Part shown: positions 8,902-19,298 of the stretch, piece after piece
Numbering within the stretch: position 1 is the first letter of the stretch
Layout: each line of letters starts with the position of its first letter
NCBI GenBank assembly: GCA_016875915.1
Contig: VGOM01000001.1
Coordinates: 32,178 to 96,177, forward strand
DNA: 64,000 nt
Source: Chloroflexota bacterium
Lineage (GTDB): Bacteria; Chloroflexota; Dehalococcoidia; UBA2247; RBG-13-53-26
Direction: 5' to 3'
The notes under the pieces: generated by a model
What the model saw: the letters and a program-made list of their open reading frames with translations, nothing else
The model's database searches: none
Told to the model about the DNA's origin: nothing
Translations under genes and position numbers: made by a program

Positions 8902-10200
8902 ATGGGAGCGAAGAGAAGACTGGGCGTCGGGCTGATGGGTCTGGGGGTGGTTGGTGGTGGGGTGGCCGAAGCCCTGCTGAACAAGGACAGACTGCTGGCG
9001 GAGGAGATAGGCTGCCAGCCGGAGTTGCGGAAGGTGCTGGTCCGCGATCGCGCCAAGCGGCGGACGGTGCCTGTGGACACCGCCCTGCTGACCGCTGACC
9101 CGGAGGAGATCCTGGGAGATGCCGAGATCGAGATCGTCATTGAAGTTATCGGCGGCGAGCGACCGGCCCTGGAGTACATAAGGCAGGCCCTACTCAGAGG
9201 CAAGCACGTGGTCACCGCCAACAAAGAGGTGGTCGCCAAGCACGGGGCAGAGCTTCTGAAGACGGCCCGGGAGAAGGGCGTCTCCATCCTCTATGAAGCC
9301 AGTGTGGGTGGTGGCATCCCTCTGCTGCTGCCCCTTCATCGCAGCCTGCTGGCCAATGAGATCACCACCATCTACGCCATTATCAACGGGACGACGAACT
9401 ACATCCTCACCCGGATGTCCGGCGAGGGGATGAGCTTCGATGTGGCCCTGAAGAAGGCTCAGGAGCTGGGATATGCTGAGGCGGAGCCGGCCAATGATAT
9501 TGAGGGCCGGGATGCCGCCTACAAGCTGGCCATCCTGGCCACGGTGGCCTTCCATACCATTGTTCGCCCGGTGGACATCTACTGCCAGGGCATCTCCCGG
9601 CTCTGCGAGGTGGACTTCCGCTATGCCAGGGAGCTGGGCTACGAGATCAAGCTGCTGGCCATCGCCAAGCAGCGGGCCGGGACCGTGGAGGCGCGGGTCC
9701 ACCCCGTGTTCATCCCCCGGGAGTTCCTCCTGGCCAAGGTGGATGGCGTGTACAATGCCGTGCAGATTGAGGGTGACTTGGTGGGCAAGCTGATCTTCTA
9801 CGGCCGGGGGGCCGGCGCCCAGCCCACCGCCAGCGCCGTGATCTCGGATGTCATAGAGACGGGCCGGGCCATCTGTGGTGGGGAGCAGCGCGGCACGCAG
9901 TCGCGGCCGCCCCAGACCATGACCATACGCCCCATTTCGGAGCTGGAAACCCGCTACTATCTCAGGATGAGCATCGCTGACCGCCCTGGCGTTCTGGCCC
10001 AGATAGCCAAGATCCTGGGCGATCGCTCCATCAGCATTGCCTCCGTGATTCAGAAGGAAGCGGATGACGCTACGCAGAGCGCAGAGATAGTGATTATGAC
10101 CCATCCCGCCCGGGAGCGATCCGTCCAGGAGTCCCTGAGTGACATGGAGGGCCTCTCGGTGGTCAGGGAAGTGGGCAATCTGATCAGAGTTGAAGGATAG
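8902..10200 (+). CDS. hom: homoserine dehydrogenase (with C-terminal ACT domain)
   Basis: N-terminal Rossmann GLMGLGVVGGGV, conserved VVTANK, and an ACT-like C-terminal approximately 80 aa. Confidence 0.95.
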   Translation: MGAKRRLGVGLMGLGVVGGGVAEALLNKDRLLAEEIGCQPELRKVLVRDRAKRRTVPVDTALLTADPEEILGDAEIEIVIEVIGGERPALEYIRQALLRGKHVVTANKEVVAKHGAELLKTAREKGVSILYEASVGGGIPLLLPLHRSLLANEITTIYAIINGTTNYILTRMSGEGMSFDVALKKAQELGYAEAEPANDIEGRDAAYKLAILATVAFHTIVRPVDIYCQGISRLCEVDFRYARELGYEIKLLAIAKQRAGTVEARVHPVFIPREFLLAKVDGVYNAVQIEGDLVGKLIFYGRGAGAQPTASAVISDVIETGRAICGGEQRGTQSRPPQTMTIRPISELETRYYLRMSIADRPGVLAQIAKILGDRSISIASVIQKEADDATQSAEIVIMTHPARERSVQESLSDMEGLSVVREVGNLIRVEG

Positions 10201-10208
10201 GTGGGCAA

Positions 10209-10415
10209 ATGACTTCATGGATTTCCGGCCTGGTTGTCAGCGGCGAGATACAGTGCAGCGGATGCGGCAGGGTGGTGAGGCATCCGGAGAGATACGCATA
10301 TCTTTCGGAGGACAACAAGCCGCCGCAACGCCTGTGTGAGAAGTGCTCCCGGACCCAGGGACTGCTGAAGAAGAGGCGGGATGAGAAGGGACGGGAGATG
10401 GAGACCTTCCTCTAG
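10209..10415 (+). CDS. small Cys4 zinc-ribbon protein (hypothetical) between hom and thrC
   Basis: 68-aa ORF that exactly fills the hom-thrC gap, with CSGC...CEKC pairs and a basic C-terminus. Confidence 0.35.
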   Translation: MTSWISGLVVSGEIQCSGCGRVVRHPERYAYLSEDNKPPQRLCEKCSRTQGLLKKRRDEKGREMETFL

Positions 10416-10437
10416 AGATCGCCGGGCGGAGAGGACC

Positions 10438-11484
10438 ATGGGCGTCGGGGTGTTGATCAAGTACGGGAGTTACCTCCCGGTGACACCAGCCACTCCCCAG
10501 ATCACACTGGGCGAGGGCGACACTCCCCTGGTGCGGTCGCGCAACCTGGAGCGGGAGGTGGGCTGCGGGGAGCTCCACTTCAAGCTGGAGGGGTGCAATC
10601 CCACCGGGTCCTTCAAGGACCGGGGCATGGTGGTGGCCGTGGCCAAGGCTATGGAGGCCGGGAGCTCAGCCATCATCTGCGCCTCCACGGGCAACACCAG
10701 CGCCTCGGCCGCTGCCTACGGCGCCCGGTGCGGGCTGAACTGCATCATCGTTGTTCCCAAGGGCAATATCGCCCTGGGCAAGCTGGCCCAGGCCATTGTC
10801 TACGGGGCGAAGATCGTGGCCATAGGCGGCAATTTCGACCAGGCCCTGGAGATGGTCCGGGAGTTGGCCGAGAGACGGCCGGTGACCCTGGTCAACTCGG
10901 TCAACCCCTTTCGGATAGAGGGACAGAAGACCGCCGCCTTCGAGATCGTCGATGTCCTGGGAGACGCGCCGGACTACCTGTTCATTCCCGTTGGGAATGC
11001 CGGGAACATCACCGCCTACTGGAAGGGGTTTGTGGAGTACCGGCAGGCGGGCAGGTCCAGGGGCGTCCCCAAGATGATGGGCTTTGAGGCAGAGGGGGCG
11101 GCACCCATCGTCAGGGGGCAGCGGGTGGCCAATCCGGAGACCATAGCCACGGCCATACGCATCGGCAACCCGGCCAGTTGGAAGGGGGCGGTGGCCGCCC
11201 GTGACGATTCGGGCGGCGCCATCGACTGCGTCAGCGATGATGAGATCCTGGCGGCCTACCGGTTGATGGCCACCAGGGAAGGCGTCTTCGGCGAGCCGGC
11301 CTCGGCGGCCTCGGTGGCTGGGCTGCTCAAGTGGTCACAGCGCCTCGACCTGTCGGGCAAGAGGGTGGTCTGCGTGGTCACCGGCAGCGGACTGAAGGAC
11401 CCCGACACGGCCATGCAGGGCACATCGCCGTTCCTGGAGCTGCCGCCGGAGCTGAGCAGGATGGAGAAGGCTCTCGGCTGGTGA
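10438..11484 (+). CDS. thrC: threonine synthase
   Basis: PLP-lysine motif [10 protein letters not shown], length about 348 aa, follows hom. GGAGAGGA SD before the ATG at 10438. Confidence 0.95.
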   Translation: MGVGVLIKYGSYLPVTPATPQITLGEGDTPLVRSRNLEREVGCGELHFKLEGCNPTGSFKDRGMVVAVAKAMEAGSSAIICASTGNTSASAAAYGARCGLNCIIVVPKGNIALGKLAQAIVYGAKIVAIGGNFDQALEMVRELAERRPVTLVNSVNPFRIEGQKTAAFEIVDVLGDAPDYLFIPVGNAGNITAYWKGFVEYRQAGRSRGVPKMMGFEAEGAAPIVRGQRVANPETIATAIRIGNPASWKGAVAARDDSGGAIDCVSDDEILAAYRLMATREGVFGEPASAASVAGLLKWSQRLDLSGKRVVCVVTGSGLKDPDTAMQGTSPFLELPPELSRMEKALGW

Positions 11485-11583
11485 TGGGCAAGCTCCAATT
11501 CAGCAGGGAGATGGCGGAGCGGGAGCTTGGGGCCGGCACTCCCGTCCATGCTAACCGGGAACATGCTAACCGGGGAGGAGACC

Positions 11584-12147
11584 ATGGTTGATCTGGACAG
11601 AGTGGAGAAGGCAGTGGTGGCTCTCATCGAGGCCATCGGCGACGACCCGGCCCGGGAGGGTCTGGCCGGCACACCGCGGCGCATCGCGGAGATGTACGCC
11701 GAGATCTTCAACGGCATGGACAGAGACCCGAAGCAGGAGCTGGTTGTCGGTTTTGAAGAGGGCCACCGGGAGATGGTCCTGGTGAAGGACATCCCCTTCT
11801 ACTCCATGTGCGAACACCACCTGCTCCCCTTCTACGGGGTGGCCCACGTTGGCTACATTCCCAACGCCGACGGCCGGGTGGTCGGGGCGAGCAAGCTGGC
11901 CCGCGTTGTGGAGATAGTCACCCACCGGCCCCAGCTGCAGGAGCGGATGACCACCCAGATCGCCGAAGCCATCGTCGAGGCCCTGCAGCCTGACGGTGTC
12001 GCGGTGGTGGTCCGGGCGGAGCACCTCTGTATGACCATGAGGGGCATCAAGAAGCCGGGGAGCAACATCGTCACCTCAGCCAACAGGGGCCTGTTCCGGC
12101 ACAGCGCGGCCACCAGGGCGGAGTTCCTCTCTCTGGTGGGGGGGTAG
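11584..12147 (+). CDS. folE: GTP cyclohydrolase I
   Basis: FolE motifs [16 protein letters not shown], and QLQERMT. GGGGAGGAG SD before the ATG at 11584. Confidence 0.93.
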   Translation: MVDLDRVEKAVVALIEAIGDDPAREGLAGTPRRIAEMYAEIFNGMDRDPKQELVVGFEEGHREMVLVKDIPFYSMCEHHLLPFYGVAHVGYIPNADGRVVGASKLARVVEIVTHRPQLQERMTTQIAEAIVEALQPDGVAVVVRAEHLCMTMRGIKKPGSNIVTSANRGLFRHSAATRAEFLSLVGG

Positions 12148-12161
12148 GCAGCGGAGCGATC

Positions 12162-12749
12162 CTAGCGGATCGCCTCGATCTCTCGCCGGTATTCTTCCAG
12201 CAGTGTGTTGTACTGTCCGTCCAGGTGGGCTAGGGTCCGCCGCCACTCGTCCTGGAACTGCGGCTGACTCTCCACGTTGATCTTGGTCCCCGGAGGCAGT
12301 CCCTGCTGTTGCATGGCCTGCTGAATCCTCACCTGGAACTCCTGCTTCAGCATCTCGTAGGCCTGTTTCCTCTGTTGCTCGCCCTGCTGCGCGTGGTGGT
12401 CGAAGACGCGCCTCATCTTGGTGTAGACGTTCTCCAGGGCGGACTTGTCCTTCTTGATGGTCTTGATGGCATCCATGGCCTTCTTGTTGGTCTTCCTGGC
12501 CGGCTCGTTCAACGGGAGGGTGATGTTCCTCAGGAGCACCTCCTCCAGTCCCTTGGTGACGTAGCGCCTCTCTTCATCCTTGAACTTGCCCAGTTCATTC
12601 AGCAGGTTGGAGTCCTCCTTCAGATAGGCCGCCGCCAGCTTCTGTCCCTCGGGGACGTACTTCCACTGCAGCTTCTCCTCTTTGGACGGCTCTCCGATCC
12701 CCCCGACCCTCTCCATGGCTTTCTCGAAGGCGCTCTTGATCTCACCCAT
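12162..12749 (-). CDS. hypothetical protein (helical, Lys/Glu/Gln-rich)
   Basis: 195-aa ORF with a clean protein-like composition. No recognisable motif. Confidence 0.6.
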   Translation of the reverse strand: MGEIKSAFEKAMERVGGIGEPSKEEKLQWKYVPEGQKLAAAYLKEDSNLLNELGKFKDEERRYVTKGLEEVLLRNITLPLNEPARKTNKKAMDAIKTIKKDKSALENVYTKMRRVFDHHAQQGEQQRKQAYEMLKQEFQVRIQQAMQQQGLPPGTKINVESQPQFQDEWRRTLAHLDGQYNTLLEEYRREIEAIR

Positions 12750-12907
12750 TCAACTCCTCCGGACTCCCGGGCATTATGCTGGATATTATAGCAGTTTCCC
12801 TGTGGCGAGCGCTGTTCGTCCGAAGAGCCATTTGATATAATGATGAGGCCCGTGGAGCCCCAGCCAATCCTCTGGCTGAGACACACCGCACTGACCGCAA
12901 GCCCCGG

Positions 12908-14491
12908 ATGAAGAGGAGCATGTTGAAGGTCGTCACCAGCACCCAGATGCGTGACCTGGAGCAGCGCGCCGCTGTCCTGGGACTGCCCTCCGAGGTGCTC
13001 ATGGACAGGGCCGGGCTGGCAGTGGCCAGGGAGGTGAAGGGCCTGCTGGGTGGGGTGGCCGGACGTCGGGTACTCACCCTGGTCGGGCCGGGCAACAACG
13101 GCGGAGACGGCCTGGTGGCCGCCCGGCATCTGCACGACTGGGGGGCCGAGGTGCAGATCTACATGGTGAAACCCCGCCAGGAACAGGATGTCAACTACCA
13201 GCTGGTCCGGGAGCGGGGTATCCGCACTGTCCTAGCTGGCCAGGGGGACCATTCATCGTCCGCGGATGGTCTGGTGGCTTGGGCCGAGGTGGTTGTGGAT
13301 GCCCTGTACGGGACGGGGAAGACCCGGGCCCTGAGCGGGCCCTCGGCGGAGGTGCTCCTCAGTGCCAGGGCAAGGAAGGCGAAGGACGGCAGTCCGCGGG
13401 TCTTCGCCGTGGACCTCCCCTCCGGACTCGATGCCGACACGGGCGTGGCTGACCAGTCCTGCTTACCTGCCGACGTCACCATCACCCTGGGCTATCCCAA
13501 GCTGGGACTGTACTCCTTCCCGGGCGCCGCCCGGGCGGGCCGGGTAGTGGTGGCCGACATCGGCATCCCGCCGGAACTGGCCGAGGGCATTCCGACCGGG
13601 GTGATCGCCGCCGAGGAGGTCAGGGCATGTGTCCCGGAGCGCCGATTGGATGCCAACAAGGGGACCTTCGGCAGGGTCCTGGTCGTGGGCGGCTCGGCCA
13701 GCTACGTTGGTGCCGCCTATCTGGCCTGCACCGCGGCGGCCAGAGTGGGGGCCGGGCTGGTGACCCTGACCATTGCCCGCAGTCTTCAGCCCATCCTGGC
13801 CTCCAAGCTCACCGAGGTCACCTATCTGCCCCTGCCCGAGTCGGAGCCCGGCGCTCCTGGCCCCGGCAGCGTGGAGGCCATCCGGTCAGTGTTGCCCGAC
13901 TGCGACGCCCTGCTCCTGGGGTGCGGCCTGGGCCAGAGCCAGGGGGCGGTGGAGTTGGTCGGAGCGTTGCTTCGATCGGCGGCCCTGCCGCCGCTGATTT
14001 TGGATGCTGATGCCTTGAACATCCTGGCCCAGAGCCCCCAGTGGTGGCGGGGCCTGCCCGGCGATGCTGTGCTCACCCCCCATCCGGGGGAGATGTCCCG
14101 GCTGACCGGCCTGTCGGTGGAGGAGATCCAGTCCAGGCGCTTGAGCGCCGCCACTGAAGCAGCCCGCACCTGGCAGAAGACCGTGGTCCTGAAGGGGGCG
14201 TACACCGTGGTGGCCGCCGCGGACGGAAGGGTGCGGGTCAATCCGGTGGCCAATCCCGGACTGGCTTCGGCTGGCACCGGCGATGTGCTGGCCGGCGCCA
14301 TAGCTGGACTGGCCGCCCAGGGCAGCCCCCTCTTCGATGCGGCCATTGCCGGGGTGTTTCTGCACGGCCAGGCGGGAGAGGTGGTCAGGGGAGAACTGGG
14401 TGACGCTGGGATGCTGGCCAGCGATCTGCTGCCGATGCTGCCGGCGCTGATCAGGGATGTCAAGAAGGGCGGCACACCTCCCCAAGGCTAG
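12908..14491 (+). CDS. nnr: bifunctional NAD(P)H-hydrate repair enzyme Nnr (epimerase / ADP-dependent dehydratase; YjeF family)
   Basis: YjeF_N region (GPGNNGGDG) fused to a carbohydrate-kinase-like YjeF_C (GTGDVLAG). 527 aa. Confidence 0.93.
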   Translation: MKRSMLKVVTSTQMRDLEQRAAVLGLPSEVLMDRAGLAVAREVKGLLGGVAGRRVLTLVGPGNNGGDGLVAARHLHDWGAEVQIYMVKPRQEQDVNYQLVRERGIRTVLAGQGDHSSSADGLVAWAEVVVDALYGTGKTRALSGPSAEVLLSARARKAKDGSPRVFAVDLPSGLDADTGVADQSCLPADVTITLGYPKLGLYSFPGAARAGRVVVADIGIPPELAEGIPTGVIAAEEVRACVPERRLDANKGTFGRVLVVGGSASYVGAAYLACTAAARVGAGLVTLTIARSLQPILASKLTEVTYLPLPESEPGAPGPGSVEAIRSVLPDCDALLLGCGLGQSQGAVELVGALLRSAALPPLILDADALNILAQSPQWWRGLPGDAVLTPHPGEMSRLTGLSVEEIQSRRLSAATEAARTWQKTVVLKGAYTVVAAADGRVRVNPVANPGLASAGTGDVLAGAIAGLAAQGSPLFDAAIAGVFLHGQAGEVVRGELGDAGMLASDLLPMLPALIRDVKKGGTPPQG

Positions 14492-14502
14492 GAGGACGAG
14501 AG

Positions 14503-15270
14503 ATGCTACTGGCTATAGACGTCGGGAACTCCAAGGTAGCATACGGTATCTTCGATGGCGCCAGCCTCAAGACGCATCTCTCCATAGCCACCAGTATCCA
14601 CCGCTCTTCGGATGAATACGCCTCGCTGCTGTTCAATCTCCTGCCCTTCCACGGGGTGACCAAGGATGATATCCAGGAGGCTATCCTCTGCAGCGTGGTG
14701 CCCCCGCTGGTCCCGGTCTTTGAGGAGCTCTGTCAGCGGTACTTCAGGACGGTCTTGCTGGTGGTCGAGCCCGGGGTGAAGACCGGCGTGCGGATCAACA
14801 TGGACAATCCCCGGGAGGTGGGGGCTGATCGGATCGTCAACGCCGCGGCGGCCTACGGGCTGTACGGCGGGCCGGCCATCGTCATCGATATGGGCACGGC
14901 CACCACCTTCGACGTCATCTCGGAGGACGGCAGCTACATCGGCGGAGCCATTGCCCCCGGCATGGAGGCCGCCACGGAGGCGCTGTTCAACCGTACCGCC
15001 CGGCTGCCCCGAATCGAGCTGGTCCGCCCCCCCAATGCCATCGGCAAGAACACCGTTGCCGCCATGCAGTCGGGGGTCATCTTCGGCTATGTGGGACTGG
15101 TCGAGGGGCTGGTCAGCCGGCTGACCCGGGAGGTGGGTGGGAAGGCCAGGGTGATCGCCACCGGTGGATACGCTGACCTCATCGCCAGGGAGACCAGGGT
15201 CATCGAAGAGGTGGACCGCCATCTCACCCTGCATGGTCTGCGCTTGATCCGCGACCTGAACCGGTCCTAG
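14503..15270 (+). CDS. coaX: type III pantothenate kinase
   Basis: N-terminal LLAIDVGNS, GADR, and TGG motifs of CoaX. Confidence 0.95.
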   Translation: MLLAIDVGNSKVAYGIFDGASLKTHLSIATSIHRSSDEYASLLFNLLPFHGVTKDDIQEAILCSVVPPLVPVFEELCQRYFRTVLLVVEPGVKTGVRINMDNPREVGADRIVNAAAAYGLYGGPAIVIDMGTATTFDVISEDGSYIGGAIAPGMEAATEALFNRTARLPRIELVRPPNAIGKNTVAAMQSGVIFGYVGLVEGLVSRLTREVGGKARVIATGGYADLIARETRVIEEVDRHLTLHGLRLIRDLNRS

Positions 15271-15345
15271 CCCCTTCCAGCCGGCGCCTATGCCCTGAGT
15301 GTCCGTGTGGTGTTTTCGGCACGATTCGGTTAATATGGATCAGCG

Positions 15346-16572
15346 ATGACGCGGGACGGAACTGTACTTCTGGGAGTGACTGGCAGCATCGCCGCCTACA
15401 AGGCGGTGGAACTGGCCAGCCGGCTGGTCCAGGGCGGGGCCAAGCTGGATGTGGTCATGACCGACTCGGCGACCAGGTTCGTCACCCCGTTGACCTTCCA
15501 GAGCATCACCCACCGGCCGGTGATCACCGACATGTTCGCCACCCCGGAGGAGTACGATATCGAGCATATCGCCCTGGCGGAGCGGGCGGAGGTGGTGGTG
15601 GTGGCCCCGGCCACGGCCAACATCATGGCCAAGCTGGCCGCGGGCATCGCTGATGACATGCTCTGCTGCACCATTCTGGCTACCAGGGCACCGGTGCTGC
15701 TGGCCCCGGCGATGAACGTTCATATGTGGGAGAACGCTATCACTCAGGAGAACCTGGCCAGGCTGCGCGCCAGAGGGTTCAAGATAGTCGAGCCTGGGTA
15801 CGGTTCGCTGGCCTGCGGGGTGGAGGGCAAGGGGCGGCTGGCCGACCTGGAGGACATCCTCACCGCTCTACGCCAGATTCTGGACCGAAGAAGCGACCTG
15901 GCAGGGAGGAGCGTGGTGGTTACCGCTGGGGGCACCCAGGAGCCCATCGATCCGGTGCGGCTGATCTGCAACAGGAGCTCGGGCAAGATGGGCTATGCCT
16001 TGGCCGAAGCCGCCCGGGAGAGGGGGGCCAGGGTTACTCTGATCACGGCACCCACGGCGCTGCCCGCCCCCATCGGCGTAGAGGTGGTCCGGATCCAGAC
16101 CGCCCTGCAGATGCGGGAGGCCGTCCTCAAGGCTGTCCCCGACGCGGACATCCTGGTCATGGCGGCCGCCGTGGCGGACTACCGGCCGGCCACCGCGGCC
16201 AAGAGCAAGCTGAAGAAGGAGGAGTACCCCCTGATGCAGCTGGAGCTGATCCGAAATCCGGATATCCTCAGCGAGGTGAAGGGGAACCTGATCAAGGTGG
16301 GGTTCGCCGCTGAGAGCGAGAATATGGTCCAGAACGCCACCATCAAGCTGAAGAACAAGGGGCTCCATCTCATCGTGGCCAACGACATCACCGAGCCCGG
16401 CAGCGGCTTCGGAGTGGATACCGACAGAGTGGTCCTGGTGGACTCCCGGGGGAAGGTGAAGGAGCTGCCCCTGCTGCCGAAGTCGGAAGTGGCCCACAAG
16501 ATCCTGGACGAGGTAGCCGTGCTGCTCACCACGTCCGCAGGTGCTTCGGGGGGCAGAACGCACCAGCAGTAG
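15346..16572 (+). CDS. coaBC: bifunctional phosphopantothenoylcysteine decarboxylase / phosphopantothenate-cysteine ligase
   Basis: Flavoprotein N-domain (GVTGSIAAYK, PAMN) plus CoaB C-domain (NRSSGKMG, AAVADY). Confidence 0.95.
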   Translation: MTRDGTVLLGVTGSIAAYKAVELASRLVQGGAKLDVVMTDSATRFVTPLTFQSITHRPVITDMFATPEEYDIEHIALAERAEVVVVAPATANIMAKLAAGIADDMLCCTILATRAPVLLAPAMNVHMWENAITQENLARLRARGFKIVEPGYGSLACGVEGKGRLADLEDILTALRQILDRRSDLAGRSVVVTAGGTQEPIDPVRLICNRSSGKMGYALAEAARERGARVTLITAPTALPAPIGVEVVRIQTALQMREAVLKAVPDADILVMAAAVADYRPATAAKSKLKKEEYPLMQLELIRNPDILSEVKGNLIKVGFAAESENMVQNATIKLKNKGLHLIVANDITEPGSGFGVDTDRVVLVDSRGKVKELPLLPKSEVAHKILDEVAVLLTTSAGASGGRTHQQ

Positions 16573-16597
16573 CCGGGAATCGGGCAAGACTCAGTTG

Positions 16598-19243
16598 ATG
16601 CAACAAGACAGGGACCTCCCCAAGGCCTACGAGCCCGGACAGGTTGAAGACAGAGTCTACGAGTTCTGGTTCAAGAAGGGCTACTTCACTCCTCGGATCG
16701 ACCGGGGCCGCAAGCCCTTCACAGTGATCATGCCCCCTCCCAATGTCACCGGTGAGCTGCACCTGGGACACGCTCTGCCAGCCACCATCGAAGACATCAT
16801 GGTCCGCTGGCATCGCATGAAGGGAGAGGTCACCCTGTGGCTGCCGGGATTCGACCATGCCGGCATCGCCACCCAGGTGGTCATCGAGAGGCAGCTGGCG
16901 GCGGAGGGACTGACCAAGCACAGTCTGGGCCGGGAGAAGTTCGAGCAGAAGGCCTGGGAATGGGCCAGGAGATGCCAAGAGACCTTCATGAAGCAGCACG
17001 GCAAGCTGGGGGCGTCGTGCGACTGGACCCGGGAGAGGTTCACCCTCGATGACGGGCCCAGCCGGGCGGTGGCCACCACCTTCGTCCGCCTCTATCACAA
17101 GGGCTTGATCTATCAGGGCGAGCGGATCACCAACTGGTGCCCCCGCTGTCAGACCGCCCTCTCCGACCTGGAGACGGAGCACCGGGAAGTGGCGGGGCAT
17201 CTCTACTACATCAACTACCCCGTGGTGGGCCAGCCGGACCACATCACCGTGGCCACCACCCGTCCTGAGACCATGTTCGGGGATACCGCCGTGGCCGTCA
17301 ATCCCCACGATCAACGCTTCACCAGGCTGATAGGCAAACAGGTTGCCATCCCCGTCATCGCCCGCCCCATCCCGGTCATCGCCGACGAAGCGGTGGACTC
17401 CGCCTTCGGCACGGGAGCGCTCAAGGTCACCCCGGCCCATGACCCGGTGGACTTCGAGATGGCCCAGCGCAGGAATCTACCCGCAGTGAACATCCTCAAT
17501 GCCGATGGCACCCTGAACGGGGAGGCCGGGCCCTACCAGGGGTTCGACCGCTTCGCCTGCCGCCGGGACCTCCTCGCCCGGCTGGAGCGCGAGGGGCTGC
17601 TGCCCAAGACCATAGCCCACATGCAGTCGGTGGGGCACTGCGCCCGATGTGACACCATCGTTGAGCCCTGGGCCACCAGGCAGTGGTTCGTCCGGACCCA
17701 GCCCCTGGCCCAGCCCGCCATCGATGCGGTGAAGGACGGCCGGATCACCATCATTCCCGAGCAGTTCACCAAGGTCTACCTCCACTGGATGGAGAACATC
17801 CGTGACTGGTGCATCAGCCGGCAGCTATGGTGGGGGCACAGGATCCCGGTGTGGTACTGCGGGGACTGCAGTCAGCTCACGGTCACGGTGGCGCCGCCGC
17901 CGGTATGCGGCCACTGCGGTTCATCGAGGCTGCGTCAGGACCCGGATGTTCTGGACACCTGGTTCAGCTCAGCGCTGTGGACTCACTCCACCCTGGGCTG
18001 GCCCGACGAGACCGAGGACCTCAGCTACTTCTACCCCACTACGGTCATGGAGACCGGCTATGACATCCTCTTCTTCTGGGTGGCCCGGATGATCATGATG
18101 GGCATCGAGAACACAGGGGACGTCCCCTTCCGCTGGGTCTATCTCCATGGCCTGCTCAGAGACGAGAAGGGGGAGAAGATGAGCAAGGTGAAGGGGAATG
18201 TCATCAACCCCCTGGCGGCCATCGAAGACTACGGGGCGGATGCCCTGAGATTTGCCATCACCACGGGCAACGCCCCCGGGAACGACGTCCAGGTGAGCAG
18301 CCAGAAGCTGGAGGCGGCCCGCAACTTCGCCAACAAGCTCTGGAACGCCGCCCGGTTTGTCATCAGGAGCCTGCCTCCTCAGTTGGTTGACACGCGGCTG
18401 CAGCCCGTCCTGCCGGTGGAAGACCGCTGGATACTGAGTCGCCTCGACCGGCTGGCCGTCAAGACCGACCAGCTGTTGCGGGACTTCCGCTTCGGCGAGG
18501 CTGAGATGCAGGTCCACGATTTCCTCTGGGGTGAGTTCTGCGACTGGTACGTGGAGTTGGCCAAGATCCGTCTCCGGGAGGGGAGCCAGCCGTCGCCGGC
18601 CCCCGTCCTGGCCCAGACCCTGGAGATCTCTCTGAGGCTGGCCCATCCCTTCATGCCCTTCGTCACCGAGGAGATCTGGCAGACGCTTAGTGGCCATCTC
18701 CGCTGGGATGGAGCCAGACCGGATTCCATCATGATCGCCCCGTATCCTGGCGGGCGGGGGTGCATCGACGACGGGGCGGAAGAGGAGATGGCCCTGGTCA
18801 TCGAGATCATCCGCAGCATCCGCAATGCCCGGGCGGAATCGAAGGTTGAAGCCTCCCGCTGGATCGCGGCCCAGGTCTATGCCCGGGACAGATCTGCCGT
18901 TGAGGCTCACCGCGGGGCCATCGAGGCGCTGGCCCGGGTGCAGCCCCTCACTGTCATGGACCGTCGCAGAGAAGGGCAGAATCCCGAGGGGTCGGCCGTG
19001 CTGGTCCTCCGGGATGCCGAGGTGGTGCTGCCCATGATGATAGATCCCGATGCTGAGAGACGGCGACTGGAGGGCGAGAGGCAGGCGCTGGGGGCCAGGA
19101 CCGCCGATCTCAGGGCCCGGTTAGCTAGAGAGGCCTTCGTCAGCAAGGCACCGCCGGCTGTAGTGGAGAAGGAGCGGCACAGGCTGCGCGAAGCTGAGGA
19201 TAGATTGCACAAGATAGAGGAGAGACTGGCGCAACTACCCTAG
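16598..19243 (+). CDS. valS: valine--tRNA ligase
   Basis: Class I motifs PPPNVTGELHLGH and KMSKVKGN, CP1 editing region, and a C-terminal coiled coil. The start is placed at the ATG 16598 inside an ORF open from 16541. Confidence 0.97.
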   Translation: MQQDRDLPKAYEPGQVEDRVYEFWFKKGYFTPRIDRGRKPFTVIMPPPNVTGELHLGHALPATIEDIMVRWHRMKGEVTLWLPGFDHAGIATQVVIERQLAAEGLTKHSLGREKFEQKAWEWARRCQETFMKQHGKLGASCDWTRERFTLDDGPSRAVATTFVRLYHKGLIYQGERITNWCPRCQTALSDLETEHREVAGHLYYINYPVVGQPDHITVATTRPETMFGDTAVAVNPHDQRFTRLIGKQVAIPVIARPIPVIADEAVDSAFGTGALKVTPAHDPVDFEMAQRRNLPAVNILNADGTLNGEAGPYQGFDRFACRRDLLARLEREGLLPKTIAHMQSVGHCARCDTIVEPWATRQWFVRTQPLAQPAIDAVKDGRITIIPEQFTKVYLHWMENIRDWCISRQLWWGHRIPVWYCGDCSQLTVTVAPPPVCGHCGSSRLRQDPDVLDTWFSSALWTHSTLGWPDETEDLSYFYPTTVMETGYDILFFWVARMIMMGIENTGDVPFRWVYLHGLLRDEKGEKMSKVKGNVINPLAAIEDYGADALRFAITTGNAPGNDVQVSSQKLEAARNFANKLWNAARFVIRSLPPQLVDTRLQPVLPVEDRWILSRLDRLAVKTDQLLRDFRFGEAEMQVHDFLWGEFCDWYVELAKIRLREGSQPSPAPVLAQTLEISLRLAHPFMPFVTEEIWQTLSGHLRWDGARPDSIMIAPYPGGRGCIDDGAEEEMALVIEIIRSIRNARAESKVEASRWIAAQVYARDRSAVEAHRGAIEALARVQPLTVMDRRREGQNPEGSAVLVLRDAEVVLPMMIDPDAERRRLEGERQALGARTADLRARLAREAFVSKAPPAVVEKERHRLREAEDRLHKIEERLAQLP

Positions 19244-19298
19244 GGCCCGGAAGCCGGCGCCCGGGACTACTTCGAGGGAAGGGGGTTTCCAACAAGCG

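Noticed and set aside
12840-12911. 23-codon upstream ORF (ATGATGAGG...) ending in an ATGA overlap with the nnr start.
   Set aside because: Both of its ATGs overlap or directly abut the TATAAT box (12836-12841) that would drive transcription. They would therefore lie upstream of the TSS. No SD is present.
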